Below, one piece after another: positions 47,401 through 61,984 of a DNA stretch of 64,000 bases; position 1 is the stretch's first letter, and each line of letters begins with the position of its first letter. The notes under the pieces are model-generated. The model saw only the letters and a list, made by a program, of their open reading frames with translations, searched no databases and was not told where the DNA came from. The translations under genes and the position numbers were made by a program. The DNA is taken from contig OZ281500.1 in assembly GCA_965637545.1 (NCBI GenBank), positions 23,498,001-23,562,000 of the forward strand, written 5' to 3'. The stretch comes from Phallusia mammillata. Taxonomy: Eukaryota.

Positions 47401-50040
47401 TGTTCAACGCCGAAAGGTCGGTTGCAGACTTCAAAACCGAGTGCTGCAAATACCAACTTCCCTCCTTGAAAGTCAAGTGCACGGGGCGCGACGCGCAGCA
47501 AAGTCTGCGCACCTGCTTGAGACTATTTTTGTTGACGCAGTGACGTCATCAAAGGTTACGTACCGACAGAACAAGATTGTTGACAAACTGTCGACGTTTT
47601 AGGAGGCGAGGGGCCTTTGATGTTCGGGAGCAGATTTTGTTTGAAGTCTGCCCCCTCATCATGATAGACTGTGGCCAGCCCTAATAGTCGGCAGACGGAT
47701 TAGAGTTAAGAGTAGAGAACAAGTGGGACGCATCAGGCTGACATTTTAATGTAAACAACTTTCACTGAGATTGATGTCTCGCTCGTTCCAGAGACATTCC
47801 AGTCTGGATGTGATCTTTTGTTCACTACAAATCGGCTGTCGTCTATAGGCCGCGTTTTCCGAACAAGTGTCAAGACTTTAATCTCTCAAGGGAATTTCGG
47901 GTGGAAAAAAACAATGGCGACTTCCTCGGATTATTGCAAAGGTTTTCCGGGCTTTGAATGTCCCCAAAGACCGTGATAAATTGATAAAACAAGGAAATTT
48001 GTCACACAACAACATGTCTGTGTGTGCTGCAACAAATAAAAGCATTTAATCCCTTGGGATGCAAAACAACTGCCTTTAAAAAACAGGTGTTTGCAATGCT
48101 GTGGTGACAAAAAGATGTACTTATGCTAGAAGCTGACCAAGGGGAACATAGCTAACAAAGCACAAACGACGTTTTAATTAATTGTGGTGTTCTCTACGGT
48201 TGTGTACAAAGCAGCATACTTCATCAATGTTAACCAAACAAAAATCGTTTCAAAACAGCACAACGCACGTATTTGTTTGACCTAGATACCACTTACAGTT
48301 TTTAAATAAAGACAACAAATAGATACGGCCAAACACAATAACTGTCCAAACCTTAGGGTCTAAATCAATAACAGACGGTGAATTGTAACTAGGTTATACG
48401 CTAAGTACCACGGTTCAGCGTAAAAGAAAACGATTTACCCAGCGCAAAGAATTTAAAGTGGATAACGGTCGTTCACTCTTTCTCTGCGGTTTTATCAACA
48501 CTGACCACACCAGGTTACGTTGCAGATGCAATTCATCATGTCTGGAATGCCAAGCACCGTGTTCGCGCAACATATCATCATCGCACACTTAACGCATTGT
48601 TGTGCATACAACCTCTACAACACCAGCAATAGCCATAGCAACCACAACACAAGCACAGTTACAAACACAACACTCGTAAAGGGGGAGCGGTTACAGTAGT
48701 GTAAGCTCGGCACTCGAAGTGACCTATACCAACACACGCGTTTCCGATTCTCGCATTGCTTGTAGTGTATATGCATGCATACTGTATGTGGCCACAGAAT
48801 TGCAAGTGACGTCATGATGCACGTGATAGTTTGTGGTCACGAGCTGTGTTGTTATGGCGATAAAGTGTGGGGATTCAGACTTTGTTTGACCGGTGGTCAG
48901 TGATTGGTCAAATTGGAAAATGCCAAACTATTGAATAAATTGTTTAATTTAGGTTGTTTTGTTTCGAATTCGTCTGGCAAACAGTGTGTTGATTTTTAAA
49001 TGATTCCGTTTGTGACGTGACAGTGCAATTTTTGTTGGAATTAAAAAGGCAAGGTGATTTCACGTTTTTTGGCGTTTACGCTTATAGCGATAAGTATTGT
49101 GTTTAGAATACGATAAGTATTGTGTCCAAAAATGGTAAATTTAGATTATAATTGCAAGCTGTAGTGATGTGGTTTACTGTTGAATCTAAAATCAGCCGCA
49201 AAGTCACGATTTTAACCCATAGATGCTTCATATATGACCACAACAAATTTAGAAGTATAACCACAACATATGCTTGCAAGCCAAATTCGACTTTTTAACG
49301 TGATTGTGGTGAATCACATGGTTGTGTACCCCGTGTGCAAAACCGGCTGCAGCAAACAAGACAATTATCCTCATTTAGTTGTAATGCCAACGGCTATAAG
49401 AGAGATTGTATCAAAGTGTTGAGATTTTGCCTGCCACAGATAAAGTTAGACAGTGCGTACAACGTACAACGACCAAAATACCCCTTGATACCGTCGGGTA
49501 GCACAAAAACAAACTTTTGATTTTTACATACGTGCTACGTTGTGATTATCAACAAAAAACGTGATTTTTTTAGTTTTTCAAATAGTTTATGGCACAATAA
49601 TTACTTGCATTTAAAGTGGTATTATATCGTAGGGATCCAAAAACAAAATCGAGGTCTTTGTGTATTGAAAACTCGTGTAAAAAATGAAATTTAGGTTGTA
49701 ATGTCGTATTTGTAACAGATAAAGTCGTACGCCCGCACATGACCTTCATGCCACTTGGTGTCCTTGAAGGTCATTGAACCTGTGCAGCAAGATAAGTGTT
49801 TCACGACCAGTGTATCGTGTTACTTGAGCGGAAACGACGGGTTCAACACAGGCATGGGTAACGCACGACCTTTTATTGCGGCAAATTAGATTGTGGGGAG
49901 AAATAAAGAGGAATCCTGTAAAACCTCAATAACATGTTTTTCTGTGTAGGGTAAAACAATCAAGAAAATCATAGTACACCAGGCCAATTGAAGGCGTTAT
50001 ACCGAATCTAGCATTCCCATATGGCAAGACACAAATGAAA

Positions 50041-50064
50041 AATCTAGCCTGCGGTGGGATTCGA
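50041..50064 (-). mobile_element. 5'-truncated fragment of the 10465-10570 SINE family
   Basis: Minus strand TTCGAATCCCACCGCAGGCTAGATTTT versus TTCGAATCCCAGCGCAGGCTGGAATTTT. Confidence 0.5.
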
Positions 50065-51752
50065 AAATAAATGTTTTCTTGATATTGATTTTTTTTGTTC
50101 TGGTTTGTCATAATCCTCAACAATAATAGCAACAAAATACTGTTCTCCGACAGAATGAAGAAGCAAGAATAGAAGAAACAATTTAAAAACGTTGGTGTCG
50201 CTGACAGATTCAGCAAATCTTTTATTAAACAAACCCATGTGTACAATCCCTAAAAATATACACCTGAATTTTAACTATAACGACTGAAGCTTTAAAGAAG
50301 TGAATTCATAATTTGGCGGCGTAAGTGAATTTTAAAACAGTTAAAGAAGCCATTTGTTGTCGAATAACAGATCGAGTTGTAAATCAATCGATTCGCGCGT
50401 TCCATTTACCAGCGTTTATTGCGTCACAATTCCCTGCGGTTTTCGCGCATATGACAATTGTTGTGTGGATTAGCGACAACAGTCACTGTTACGTCACAAG
50501 CGCCCTCTTTCACGTCATAATCGCACATGGACAAACAGTGAAAAATACGAAGTCGCGTCGTAAAATTCACGATCACCGACAAACGCAACAAATACGTTCG
50601 ATTCTTGAATTCCGGTAATATTTGAGGCGACGCGCGCGTTTTCTTCCGGTTTCAGATTTTCTCCTGGCGTGAAAATATTTGTTCGAAATCAACAATCAGT
50701 GACGTCATAAACGATTTACGGCAGGTGCCGAGAAGATTGAGTTTGTGGGTTTTGACAAACATTGTCTCTTAGACGGGAAATTGAAATGAGTCAAATTTAA
50801 AAGGTTCGACCGTACGAAGCTGGTTAAAGTTTTCAAAATAAAACAATTTTATACAGTTGAGAAAACCATATTGCCTTTGTAGAGGCTAGTTGATACTTCG
50901 GTCGTTTTAACCAATAGTGCCTCGTGATGTTTTGTTATAACTTCAAATGTAATAACTTCAAAAATAGTCCCAAATGTACAAACCCAAAGAGAATTTTTAG
51001 AACCAAACAAGTGTTTACCCATAACTTCGATAAATGACCTGACCTTATTTGAAACACGGCGTTAAAAATTTGTGACAATGCCGGGTTGCTACTAAAACGC
51101 ATTCCTTTCTATTAAATACCTTCTGTCGATTTCCGCCAACGAAAACGGCCAGTTACCAGAATAGGTCGTAGGAAAACAGACAGCAAATGTCGTTTTGTGG
51201 CAAATTGTTTTACCCTTGAGACAGTTAACGGGTGTGTAGCATATGGGGGCCTTGTTACCTGGTTTTTACGTAATAACGATCAACGTGACAGACAAGCAAC
51301 TGAATTATACCTGACGTTTTCGTCCCATGTGGCTTGTTACGTAAATAGCTGTGCCCGATAAGATTAGTGATTTTGACCTTTTCTAAACGTGACACACTAA
51401 TAGAAAATAGAACGCGTCATATTACCGGCGAGAATGGAAATTTTTAAGCCTTTTCGAACGAGAAATTCCGCTCATAAAACAGTCATAGTACATAATACAA
51501 AACCGCTAAGGAATTTTTATGATCTTCGCCTTAAGGCCCGATGTGTATATTTGAACCAAGCTTATGACAAAATTCTACACAACGAAAGAAAAAATACCAG
51601 ATTTACTGTTTCGATCTACCAAATTGACGTATTTCGAAGTTTAAATTCCACAACATTTACAAAACCCAATGTTCAACACATTAGGTCAAAAAGAATCAAC
51701 CGGATGTACAATTTTGTCATAGAATGTCTATTGCACCAAAAGCTTAGGGTAT

Positions 51753-51860
51753 ATAAGCTATTGCTGCCAGGCATAATATCAACTTTCTAGAGCTCTTCTG
51801 GCAAATTTTGTTTTTATTCCGACGTTTCGACGTCCTATACAGGTCGCCTTCATCAGGGTA
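51753..51860 (-). mobile_element. Penelope-like LTR fragment with hammerhead motif (family A variant)
   Basis: Minus strand cc-CUGAUGA-aggcgaccuguauaggacguc-GAAA-C-GUC-ggAAUAAA. Carries the identical 25-mer ATAAGCTATTGCTGCCAGGCATAAT (51753-51777) also found at 1974-1998. Confidence 0.75.
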
Positions 51861-54800
51861 AATAACACTGAATGGGTTATCTTTAGTTCCTTATTCAAAT
51901 AGAATGGCACAACATGAAACGTATCAATTACTTGTATCTAATATCTGATATGAGAGAAGTGTTTCGTCTGGGACTAACCACCGCTTAGGTCGGCTTGCTG
52001 ATTCGTCATTTATAACCAGACATTAACTTCAAGGCATTCTCTGTCGGCGGAAAGATGATTCAGACCTTATCAGCCGAAACACGAATTACTGAAGAATGTG
52101 GGCGTTTGCGTTTCCATACAAATCAGGTGTATTGATTTGATTCATTAAGTTAACAAGTCATAGCACTTATTAATGTTAAAGGGTGTTTAACCAAGAAGTG
52201 GGCGATTTCGTAGAAATTTATTCAGTGCATTTCGGCACTAACTCAGGTATAGTTTGGTTTTAACCAATACATTAAGCGTACAAGTCATTGGTATCCAAAA
52301 AGTCGTGAGATAACTTAAAAATTGGAGGAATTTTCCAAACTACTACAATTGTCAATGTGTCATCCAGTCAAAAGCTACTCTGCGATCAAGGTTTTGACAT
52401 AAAATCTCCAACTACTTTTGGAAGTTACTTCTCAATTATTATTAAATGTGCAAAACAATGTCCCTCGGATAAAAAAGTGTGCGTAAACGTTACAAATTTA
52501 AGCGACATTGTTTCCAGTTGCTGTCTGTAGTTCTAGTTTAGAGTCAGTATTTAAGAACTTTATTTTTTCGACATAATGTTTTGTGTGCCCAAAACAAACC
52601 AAAGCAACAAACAATTTTTTACCATCTTTTGTGTTTGCTTGCAGCGATCTAGGTCTTATTCATACACCGCTTCGAGCTTGTGTGACCTCGGTATCGGATA
52701 TTTATTGTTGTCCGGCATACACCGGTTACGACGCAAGCTTATCAGCGCATACGATCTTCTCCAGCAAACAAGAGGCAACAGATAAGTTGTGAGGCAACCG
52801 GATAAACTCTGAAGCAAAACATGATCGGCCCATATCCTACCTACAGCAACGTTTGTTTGTCCATAACATGGTGAGTCCGTTAAAGTACACGTAAATGTAT
52901 TTGTTCGTGTTTTGTTCACGTAAAAGTGTTTGTTGGGTGGAAATTTTGTTTGAAGCTTTTCAAAGTACAGGGTGTAACAGTCATAGTTTGTTACACGTAT
53001 TTTATTTGTTTTTAGGCACACGCGGCTCTTGGATCGAACAATTTTAGGTGGATTGGTTGTTATGTTCCACTTCCAGTATTATATAAAGTATTTTGTTCCA
53101 ATTTAAAGATTTATTTATGGGATCAGCCATAGAGCAATCATGCAGACCAGTGATCACGGCACACTCATACAGAAATATTTTTTGGTGACTTTTTGTACAA
53201 AAAAATCAGAAAAATCAGATTGATTAACTGAATTAAGTCTGTTTAAATTCAAATTGACAATCGACTAATTGACAACCAACGTTTAATTGTCACAGAAGAT
53301 GCAAAGCTAAATCGATTTTTCATCTGCCTGTTGATGTAAACCAGGTAGCCACGAAACCTCCCAGTGGTGCAACAACGACAATCAAATTGGGATTAGGTCG
53401 AGCACAGCCTTCAATGCCCCACATGTTTGAAAACCGACCCAGATGGCAAAACAAGTATCACAAATATTAGGACAGTAAAAGATGCACAAACATAACAAGT
53501 TGACAACAGCGTTTTGATCACAAAGTTCGTGTTTTGCAGATTACTTTTATAACGTGTTTGTACATATTTGCAACGGAGTATATTTCACATTTTAACATCT
53601 GCAGCTAATGTACGCAGCAAATTGTAGAGAAGCATTGTTTGAAAGTTGGAATTGCATTGTTTCTTTTCTTTTTTCCCCCGCTTGAATTCGTTACAAATTT
53701 TTTGCATTAAAGTTTTCACACCGCTACACAAATCAGGTCAGAAAACCAAAGTATGTGCTTTTATAACTATCCTATAGGGCCAAATAAGATTATTTAAAAA
53801 CATTTCTCACTTGAAGTAAAAGGCAGACAATTGGCACTCTACTTTTAAACAGTAAAATTGCAACACATTAACGCAGTGTGCTCAAATAAGACCATCGCCA
53901 GCCCAGTGGCGAGCTAAACATATTCGATGGCAAATATTTATTGGTTGATCTCTCGTATTTCAGCTGTCACTCGCGTGCGAACGACGGTCACTTCGCAACG
54001 AAGTTTGACGCATTAAAATGCCACTGTCGGGCGTCTACTGGGTGTGCGGCGCCCCGAAAAGTTTGCCTTCAATATTGGTTAATAGCCTCGGCATTTGCTT
54101 ACGGATTCCGACGCTTGCTTCTGTGCGCTGTTGCTGTTTGCGGTGGTCAGCCGTCAAAATAACACGCAGTGTGTCTCGAATTTATATTTGACTTCAATCA
54201 AATATCGACTTATAACCGTGGTATTCTAGTTGGACGAACAGGCGAAATATTTTTAGGTCGCAAATGAATGTGGAATTTATAAGGTCAGATTGTCGCTGAA
54301 CATTTGACAAATCGGCTTTCCACCGGCGTCAGTTTACGGCGCCAAAGAAGGGATTATAGTATCGACAAAACGACGTGCTCAAATTGTGAAAATCTCAGAC
54401 TAGTTCTGCAAGCCAATGCATTTACAAAATTAATATTTTAGCGAAGTAGTAAAAAACATCACTCAAAAAACCTATTAGGGTTCAGGAACGAAGAACAAAA
54501 TTTCATTTGCTTTTTACAAACGATTTTGGGATTTTCCCTGAAATAAATCGCAGTAACAAAGTTATGAACCAGAAACTTCGTGACAACAAACATTTAATGC
54601 AAGTTCATGTCTTATAAAAATAGCACAGTACAATACCATTAGCAGTCATGTTGTTTTTATGACGGGAAACTCCTTGAGACGGTTCAACGGCCTTTCCCCT
54701 GCATTCGATACTAATCTTATTGTTGCTAATTAAGGCAATGGCGCCTCTGCGTTGTTGGATAACATCACGAGACGGCAGACTCTCGTAAAAGAGCTTATAT

Positions 54801-55012
54801 CATCGCAACAGCAATCAACATAGAGATTATTAATGTATTTGTTTTTGCACAAGGATTTGTAATTGTGTCTATGGTTGGGATATACTACATTGAAACGACA
54901 AGAACAACAGAACAATGACCTCTAAGATCTTAGGGTAAATTTTAGGATTTTTATTATAATCGGTAAATGTCACAAACATTTTGTCACATGCATCAAGCCA
55001 AAAAATGATGAG

Positions 55013-55060
55013 TAGGCTGAAGACAGTGCACACTGTTTCGACCTATGATGCACTGGTGTC
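55013..55060 (-). repeat. Hammerhead-like family B, copy 3 (CUGAUGA core deleted)
   Basis: Minus strand CACCAGTGCA-[deletion]-TCATAGGTCGAAACAGTGTGCACTGTCTTCAGC aligns with 3519-3575. Confidence 0.6.
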
Positions 55061-56280
55061 ATAATTTGGTGCACAAATTTGTTTAAGTAACGTGCGCACA
55101 CAAAAGCGTGCATGCGACAAACCAATTACATCAGCAGAAAATACAGCGACCTTATTTCCAATGTAACTATCGGCTAGCAATCCAACGAACACTACACGTT
55201 TTCCCATAACATCGTTTAGCATATTCATGTTACGTGAAATGCTGCACTTAAAGATCACACTGAATAGCATAGCTTTAAAACGTGACCATATATGGAGATG
55301 CTGAGCTTAGAGAGCTTGTGGTGATGTGAGTTATAAGATTCAGTGTGATGTGGTTAAGGAGTTGTTGCTACTTTAAAAAAATGGACTTGAATGATCTTTC
55401 TCGTGGTGCGGTTAGTCCAAAATACGGGAGTCTTAGCCTAAGTGGTTTAATATGTTTGAAATTTGCGCATTTTTAAGTTTGTGGGCAAAACGAATGTACC
55501 TTTTGACGTATGTAACTGGAAGTTGTTGACAATCCCAAACCACATAAAAGTACAAATCCGCTGATCGGTTTGATGTGGGCAATAATGACTCAAGATTTAC
55601 TTGAATTTAAACTTATAAATACGCGTTTAAATGATCATTCTGGCCAAAAATATTCGGTTTACGTGACAAACTGAATTGCACTATCTTCCTGGAAAATACG
55701 TAAGTAATAAAAAAATACGATTGTAAGAACGAATTTGAAACATGAAATACTGAAATAATGCATGAAATACTGAAATAAAAAACAAAACAAAAAAAGCTTT
55801 AAGGCGCTGAAAAACATTCGGTAAAAAAAATCAGTCAGTTACCGATTCATGGAAATATATATTTTGTCTGTTTGACATTATCAGTTTCTAAATGCAATTT
55901 GAAGGACAAAAACGATGACTTGTAGAAAATGATTTTTGAATTAAATCCATGTTTTGCCCAAAAGAACCGAAAAAGGGCGGGAAAAGTTCAAAAATTCAAA
56001 CCACGCAGACAATTTTAAACGACGCACGTTTAAACAAGTCAGGTTGGGATTACATGCAGCTGACGTCAACAATGGAAACAAACATTGTGGAACTTAATCC
56101 TTTTACATGGCGGAATTTGTTTATTGCGTCATAGAGCACAACACACGGTACGCGATCAGCATTTCTATCTGCGTGCCAGTCCACGTGCGCACTTAACTCT
56201 ACAACCGCGATTTTTTTGCGAGTTTATTTCTACATTAAATAATTTATGAAGAGAGACAAATCACTTTGGGGTGCACAAAT

Positions 56281-56345
56281 TTAGTGATGGAGGCGTGAGT
56301 TCGAATCCCACTTTAGACAGAATGTTATATTCTGACGAAGTACTC
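56281..56345 (+). mobile_element. tRNA-derived SINE remnant
   Basis: B-box AGTTCGAATCCC at 56298-56309; no cloverleaf. Confidence 0.4.
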
Positions 56346-59300
56346 ATTGTATTGCAGTTTATAAAGGTCCCTCAAGTTGTTATATATGCCGCAACCATAA
56401 AATAATACACAAAGTAGAAACAATAGTACAACAAAAATCAATACCTTACCAACAGATTGGTCTGACTAATGATTTTGTTTGTTCTATTTTATTGCCTCAT
56501 TTGTAGGGGAAAGGTTTACATTACAACCAAAGCAGTTTGAACGTTAGGCACGAGACCGCTTAAAAATTAACAAAAAAACAAACAACACTTGGAAAGTTAC
56601 CCACCAACGCTAAAACAAAACGTGATTTCAAATTTTACGACCGAAAAAGATGTTTGTACAGTAGGTGTATACACCAAATGCTACCTTTGGACTTTAAGCA
56701 GATTTTATTGTGGTTCGTTCGTGTTGTAAATCGGGTGGGAAATAAATAGTTATTAAGTTGTAAGTAGTATTTGTTGTTCGGTGTAACGGGAAATTAAATA
56801 GGTGAAAGGTTAACCAGGGGCAAATCACTGCATTCTTTGTTTGCAAACATCCCGTATGTGAGGTTTTAATTCGTTACAGCGAAATGAGATGGCACAGGTG
56901 TTGTTAGAGTCAAGGAACAATTCTATCACTGGTAAGTGTTCGTTTTTTTGCACCTTAAACCTTTTTAGGAAACTGTTTTTTGTCCTAACTTTTGTCATAA
57001 GAAACTTGAATGCGAACAAAGTCAGATAAATTAAAACAAAAAATGCTAATTGACTCTCGGTGTCCAATTTCAACCACACAAAATCTCCAAAACGAAGTTT
57101 TTTTCATAACAAACCGATGTCCCAAGAGATACCAAATCAACAGAGGTAATATAAAAAAAAACACCCTACTACCGTCATATGTAGCGACTCCCACACAAAT
57201 CTGTCAAAACAAGGACGTGACAGAAAACACGATCTTTGCTCCAAAAGAGCATCGTCCATATGCTGCTAATGGGCCGTGTCATATTTTCCCGGTCTGTTGC
57301 GACGAAGCCCCTGTTTTCGAGCACATTTGTGTCGGTGGAAGCCAGCGAAGACGTCAAGAGCGACGCATAAAAACGTGAATCGGCTTATTACTGTGACAAG
57401 GTCGCACCACAAACACAAATTGTAGATCACAATCTCAAAAGAAAACCACGCAGACCAAAGGGCGGGTGGAATACGTGAAAAACAGCCCGGGAGGGAATGT
57501 CCTTTCCCGGCGTCGATTCTAAACTCATTACAGTGTTTTTAAGCACGAAGCTACGGGGTCATACGGGTTCGTTGTGATTGTGTGTGATCTCACTGACAGC
57601 TGCTGCTAGATAAAGAATGCCGAAAGCACGCGCCTGCTCGACGTGCTAAAATGGAGTTGTGAGCGATTGGTGCTTGTTTTTGGCCACTTCAGACTGTCCG
57701 ATTCGCCTGTTATGTGGTCGACTATTGAAGGTCACACAAACGCGGGTTAGAGCACTAAACCCATTTGACACAACTGGATCAGAAGTTAGTCACTACTCCT
57801 GACATACTTTGTCAGAGTGCCAAGGTGCTCTTCCACCTTCGTTGAACTGTCGTCAGGTTATCGTTGAGCATGGAATCAACAGGTTCCAAAACATCGTCTT
57901 AAATCGTCGTTAAACGCTTGTTATACGATGTGCAAAGTAAGTGGCACCAAGGACGTTCACAGTAAAGTGTAAACACAACAAACAGGTGGTGACTTGTTGC
58001 TCCCTCCCAGGAGCTTGCTTAAAACGAAACTACCGCCCTTGGAGAGGGTTTGCAGACAGAAATAAAACTTCTTTACCTGAAATACTACTCGGTGACGTCA
58101 ATTGAAAAGCAATCAAATTTGACGAGTGGTGTGTAAGTTTAGTTGAAGAATTCGCTTGAACGAATAAGTTAGGTTTGACATTTAAGATGAAAATGTCACC
58201 GTCGATAGGTCAATCGAGTACGAATGATTTGTTGTGACAAGCGCAATGACAGGTGGTTCATTTGTTTCCATTCACATGTACCAGAAGCTGGCAAAGATGC
58301 CTATCACCACCAACAACGTAAGGAAGGTTTAAGTTCGGCATGCAGCAGCTAACTGTCAAATTTCGCTCTAACTGTTAACATATATTTTTCGTCACCTTTT
58401 TAGCAACCAAATCTAACAAACAACATATACATTATCATGCAATTTTTCCGTCCATTTTGTCACCACAAGTTCTTGTGTGTGTTTTGCAGCAATAGTTGCC
58501 GGCAAAAAAATCGACCCGGCAAAGGTCCAAAAGTCCACCTATTTGCGCAAATAATCCTAAATCCCGGCGGGAAATCCGGTAAAAAGATCGACAACCGATG
58601 TCAGATAGTAACCGGCCTTTGGACAGGTGCTCGTGCATCAAGCAGCATTTCGAAACTTTTACGTGGTCTCTATGGTCTGAACCTAATCTGTGGAGGCCCG
58701 GTTCCACCCAGCTCTCATTTGTCAGCTGAGAAAACGCACAAATCCGTCCGCCAGGCCACCCACCGAAGTCTGTTTGAAGCGCAGAAAAGGTTAGCCGCAG
58801 TGCCTTAATGACGAACGAGCATAGGATGATTTTGTTTATACTTGTTCCTGCTTGTTGACGTTTCAATACCACCCGCTACTTTTTGTTTGCAAGTTAAAGT
58901 AATGCGGTCGCTTTTTTGTTGATGTTGAACCTCCACTAAAAGCGGGATTTGAACCAACGCCCTTTGGAGTACCAGGGGATAAACTAAATTTGTTTGCATT
59001 CGTCTGGTTGTTGACGTTTCAAACCGACCACGAGACTCAAAAGTAAAAGAAAACGATTGTTCTCAATGATAACAAAAGCCGCTCCTTATGGGGTCGGGGT
59101 TTAAACTCCGATCAAGAACTGACTTGTTTTTCATTACCTTCTGTTTTAAATGAACCCATTCATGGTGATTTGCTGGTGCTTGGTTGTTGACGTTGGGAAG
59201 ACACCGCAAATTTTCAGACGCAGTATTTCAAAGCATGTTTAAACCGGGCTTCGAACCACCAACCTTTTGATTTATGATCGACCAATGTTTGTTTGTTTTT

Positions 59301-59757
59301 GTTGGTCCAAAATTTCCCGGAGTTTGTTTGAAGTTTTCCTGCCAAAAAGTGGCTGATCTTTATCAATTCAAAATCCATTAGCTTCAAAGCGTTTCCACCT
59401 TAAATTATCAGTTTTTTCCACGACATTGCGGGAGGTATGTTTACAGTTTGAAAGGCAAAGCCCGGTCTAAGAATGTTGTTTACAAGTAACCAGGCAATTT
59501 TGTAAGATTAAAAACGTCTGGTAACGGAAATCAAATGACAGTGAATCATTAGATTGACTTCGATTGACTCCAAGTGAACTTGAGTTTTTTGGGACTTTAA
59601 AGGCGCAAAGTTGATGCATTTAAGGAGATTGCTCAAAAAATAACGAGAGAATTACCTACTGTCAGAAAACTAATTGTTTCATTATTAAATGTTATTCGAT
59701 TCTTTAAATGCGTATTTAATTAAATGCGACCCATTGCCACTAAAGCTGAATAGACTG

Positions 59758-59831
59758 TATAACCGAGTATTGCTCATCCAGCAGTTTTATTGTAAACAAT
59801 CGACGTTTCTACGTCCTATACAAGACGTCTA
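59758..59831 (-). mobile_element. 5'-truncated family A copy flanked by a 9-bp direct repeat
   Basis: GTATTGCTCATCCAGCAGTTTTATTGTAAACAATCGACGTTTC(T)ACGTCCTATACAAGACG matches the 2001 arm and stops inside stem II. AATAGACTG at 59749-59757 and 59832-59840. Confidence 0.8.
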
Positions 59832-61984
59832 AATAGACTGGTTGGATAGATGGTTGATAAAAAAGTGATTTTATAAAGATGTGCGTTGTTTACGATGAAA
59901 TCAGGCGATCAACACTTGACACAACTCGTATAAACGACCACAATTTCACGGTTGAGTATAACAAAGTAAAAATTTATACCACAGGTTAGCAGGTGGCACT
60001 TACCCGCCAAAGCGAGGGGGTGCAATGTGCTCCCCCAACGATACGCGGTTTTGCAATTTCAAGTTCACCTTTTACGAATTACACGCCTGGTAGCGTTCTA
60101 CAATTTACGAAATCGCCACCTTTGCAAGAAATGCCGTACGTAGACGTGTTCGATCATCCAAATAAACCACTTCCTGTCCCATGATCGCGCCGTAGACGCA
60201 CGAAACGACGCACAAAATAGTTTATGGAAAAGATCCGGAAACTGCAAAGATTTCAGGCTTCCTGGCATTAAACTTGTTATGCTTTGGTAGCAGAGCGGAA
60301 ATTGTATTTGAATAAACTAAAACAAAGCGATGTTGGGGGGTAAATAATTATGCAGCAGTTTCGCAGTATTTGAATGTTTGTTTTCTTATCGTTTCCAAAA
60401 TCAGTAAAAAGGAGAAAATTGGCGTTCCGGAAATGACAAGTTCCGATTATTTCCAAGTATAAAGCTTAAGAATTTGTTGGTTTGTTTTACGACGAAATTA
60501 GAGAAGAACAACATTTCTACGCAACATATAGGAAGCGGAATCTGCTATGCGGCGGTGCGTGGAATTCATGGCTGGGTTGCTATGTTTCCTGAAAACTTTA
60601 CTAGTTACGTTTGTTCAGTGTTCCCGAAAACGGCCATGACATTCCGATGGATTGGAAAAATAACACAGATTTGATTTCAAAACAAACAAACGGTTTCAGT
60701 GATGTTTTGAACAGAAACATGTTTGTCCTTTGTAAATATTTTGTTTTTCTTCTTCGGTTGTGCGGCAATGATTTTGCAAGTAGATATTTTAAAATCTAAA
60801 ACTATCAAAAGGGCGACTCACTTAGATTGTTCCAATTAAAAGAGTTTTCAAAACATCTGCGATGTATATTTAAAATTTTGCTATGACCACATAATTCACA
60901 AGATAAATGAAAAGCACAATTTTAACGAGCTAAATTCTCTATATGTCCGAAAATCTTAAATCAGGAAAAACCTTTGGGTTAAACAGAACATCTGTGAATT
61001 TAAACCGATAACCTTCACATTAAACAAATACTTTATAAAAGCGTCAGATCCAACAGAAAACAAAAACTCCATCGAAACAAACATAACACTTTATTTCACA
61101 CCAATCCATGTAAAAGCTTCAACGGCGCTTATGTTGTAAACACGAACCGTTGTAGAACTCAAAACCCATTATTTTCTTGGTCTGCAGGTGCAGAAATAAA
61201 AGGCAGGGAACATGAAAGAAGACAGCAACAAGTAAATGTATTCGACTGACAAGGAACCGTCAATTTCAACGACTCTGGTTAAGAGAAAAGTTGCGAGAAA
61301 CAAATAACTTTGGTCACTTAAGCTCAGAAAAGAGGTTTGGTTCGTATACCCTGAAAGTTTTGCCCAAAATAACGGGCTCGTTTTTTCCAGGTGCGAGTTA
61401 TGGAAAGGTTTTTAAGGGAGCGAGTACCATAACATCAACATGACATAAGAGCAATTCTTCGTGGAAAACGAGGGAACTTAGAGATGATTCACGCCGGAAT
61501 TTCATTGTTTGTGATGTCACAAACGAGGCATTATGCTTGTTATTGTTTAAAGTCTCAATATTTTTCACCAAGGATTGTTGCTTGTTTTTCAGCTTAAACG
61601 CTGTTTGCCCGAACAAAAAATCGTCCTGACCTGTTTTGAAAACGTCATTTTTTGTTTTGTTCAAGTAGAAATGTTTCTGGTTGTCAATTAGACCATGATG
61701 GATAACCCTCCTCAACATTTTGGTGGCTTTATGACGTAACAACGGCGACGGCATGACGCTATGTTAATTATGAAGTCTGCTCGTTTGCATTGTGATAGCG
61801 TTTGATATGCAAACATGCAAAGATCTGTACAAGATATATTGCAAAAAATGTAATATTAACTGCATAAAAGATCAAAATTTCATTTTTTGTAACATTTTTA
61901 AAAACACGCTGTTTGCACGGTTCACTTCAAGCAAATAAAGAACAAAAGTCGTACAAATAAAACGCACTTTTATGGTAGCACAAA

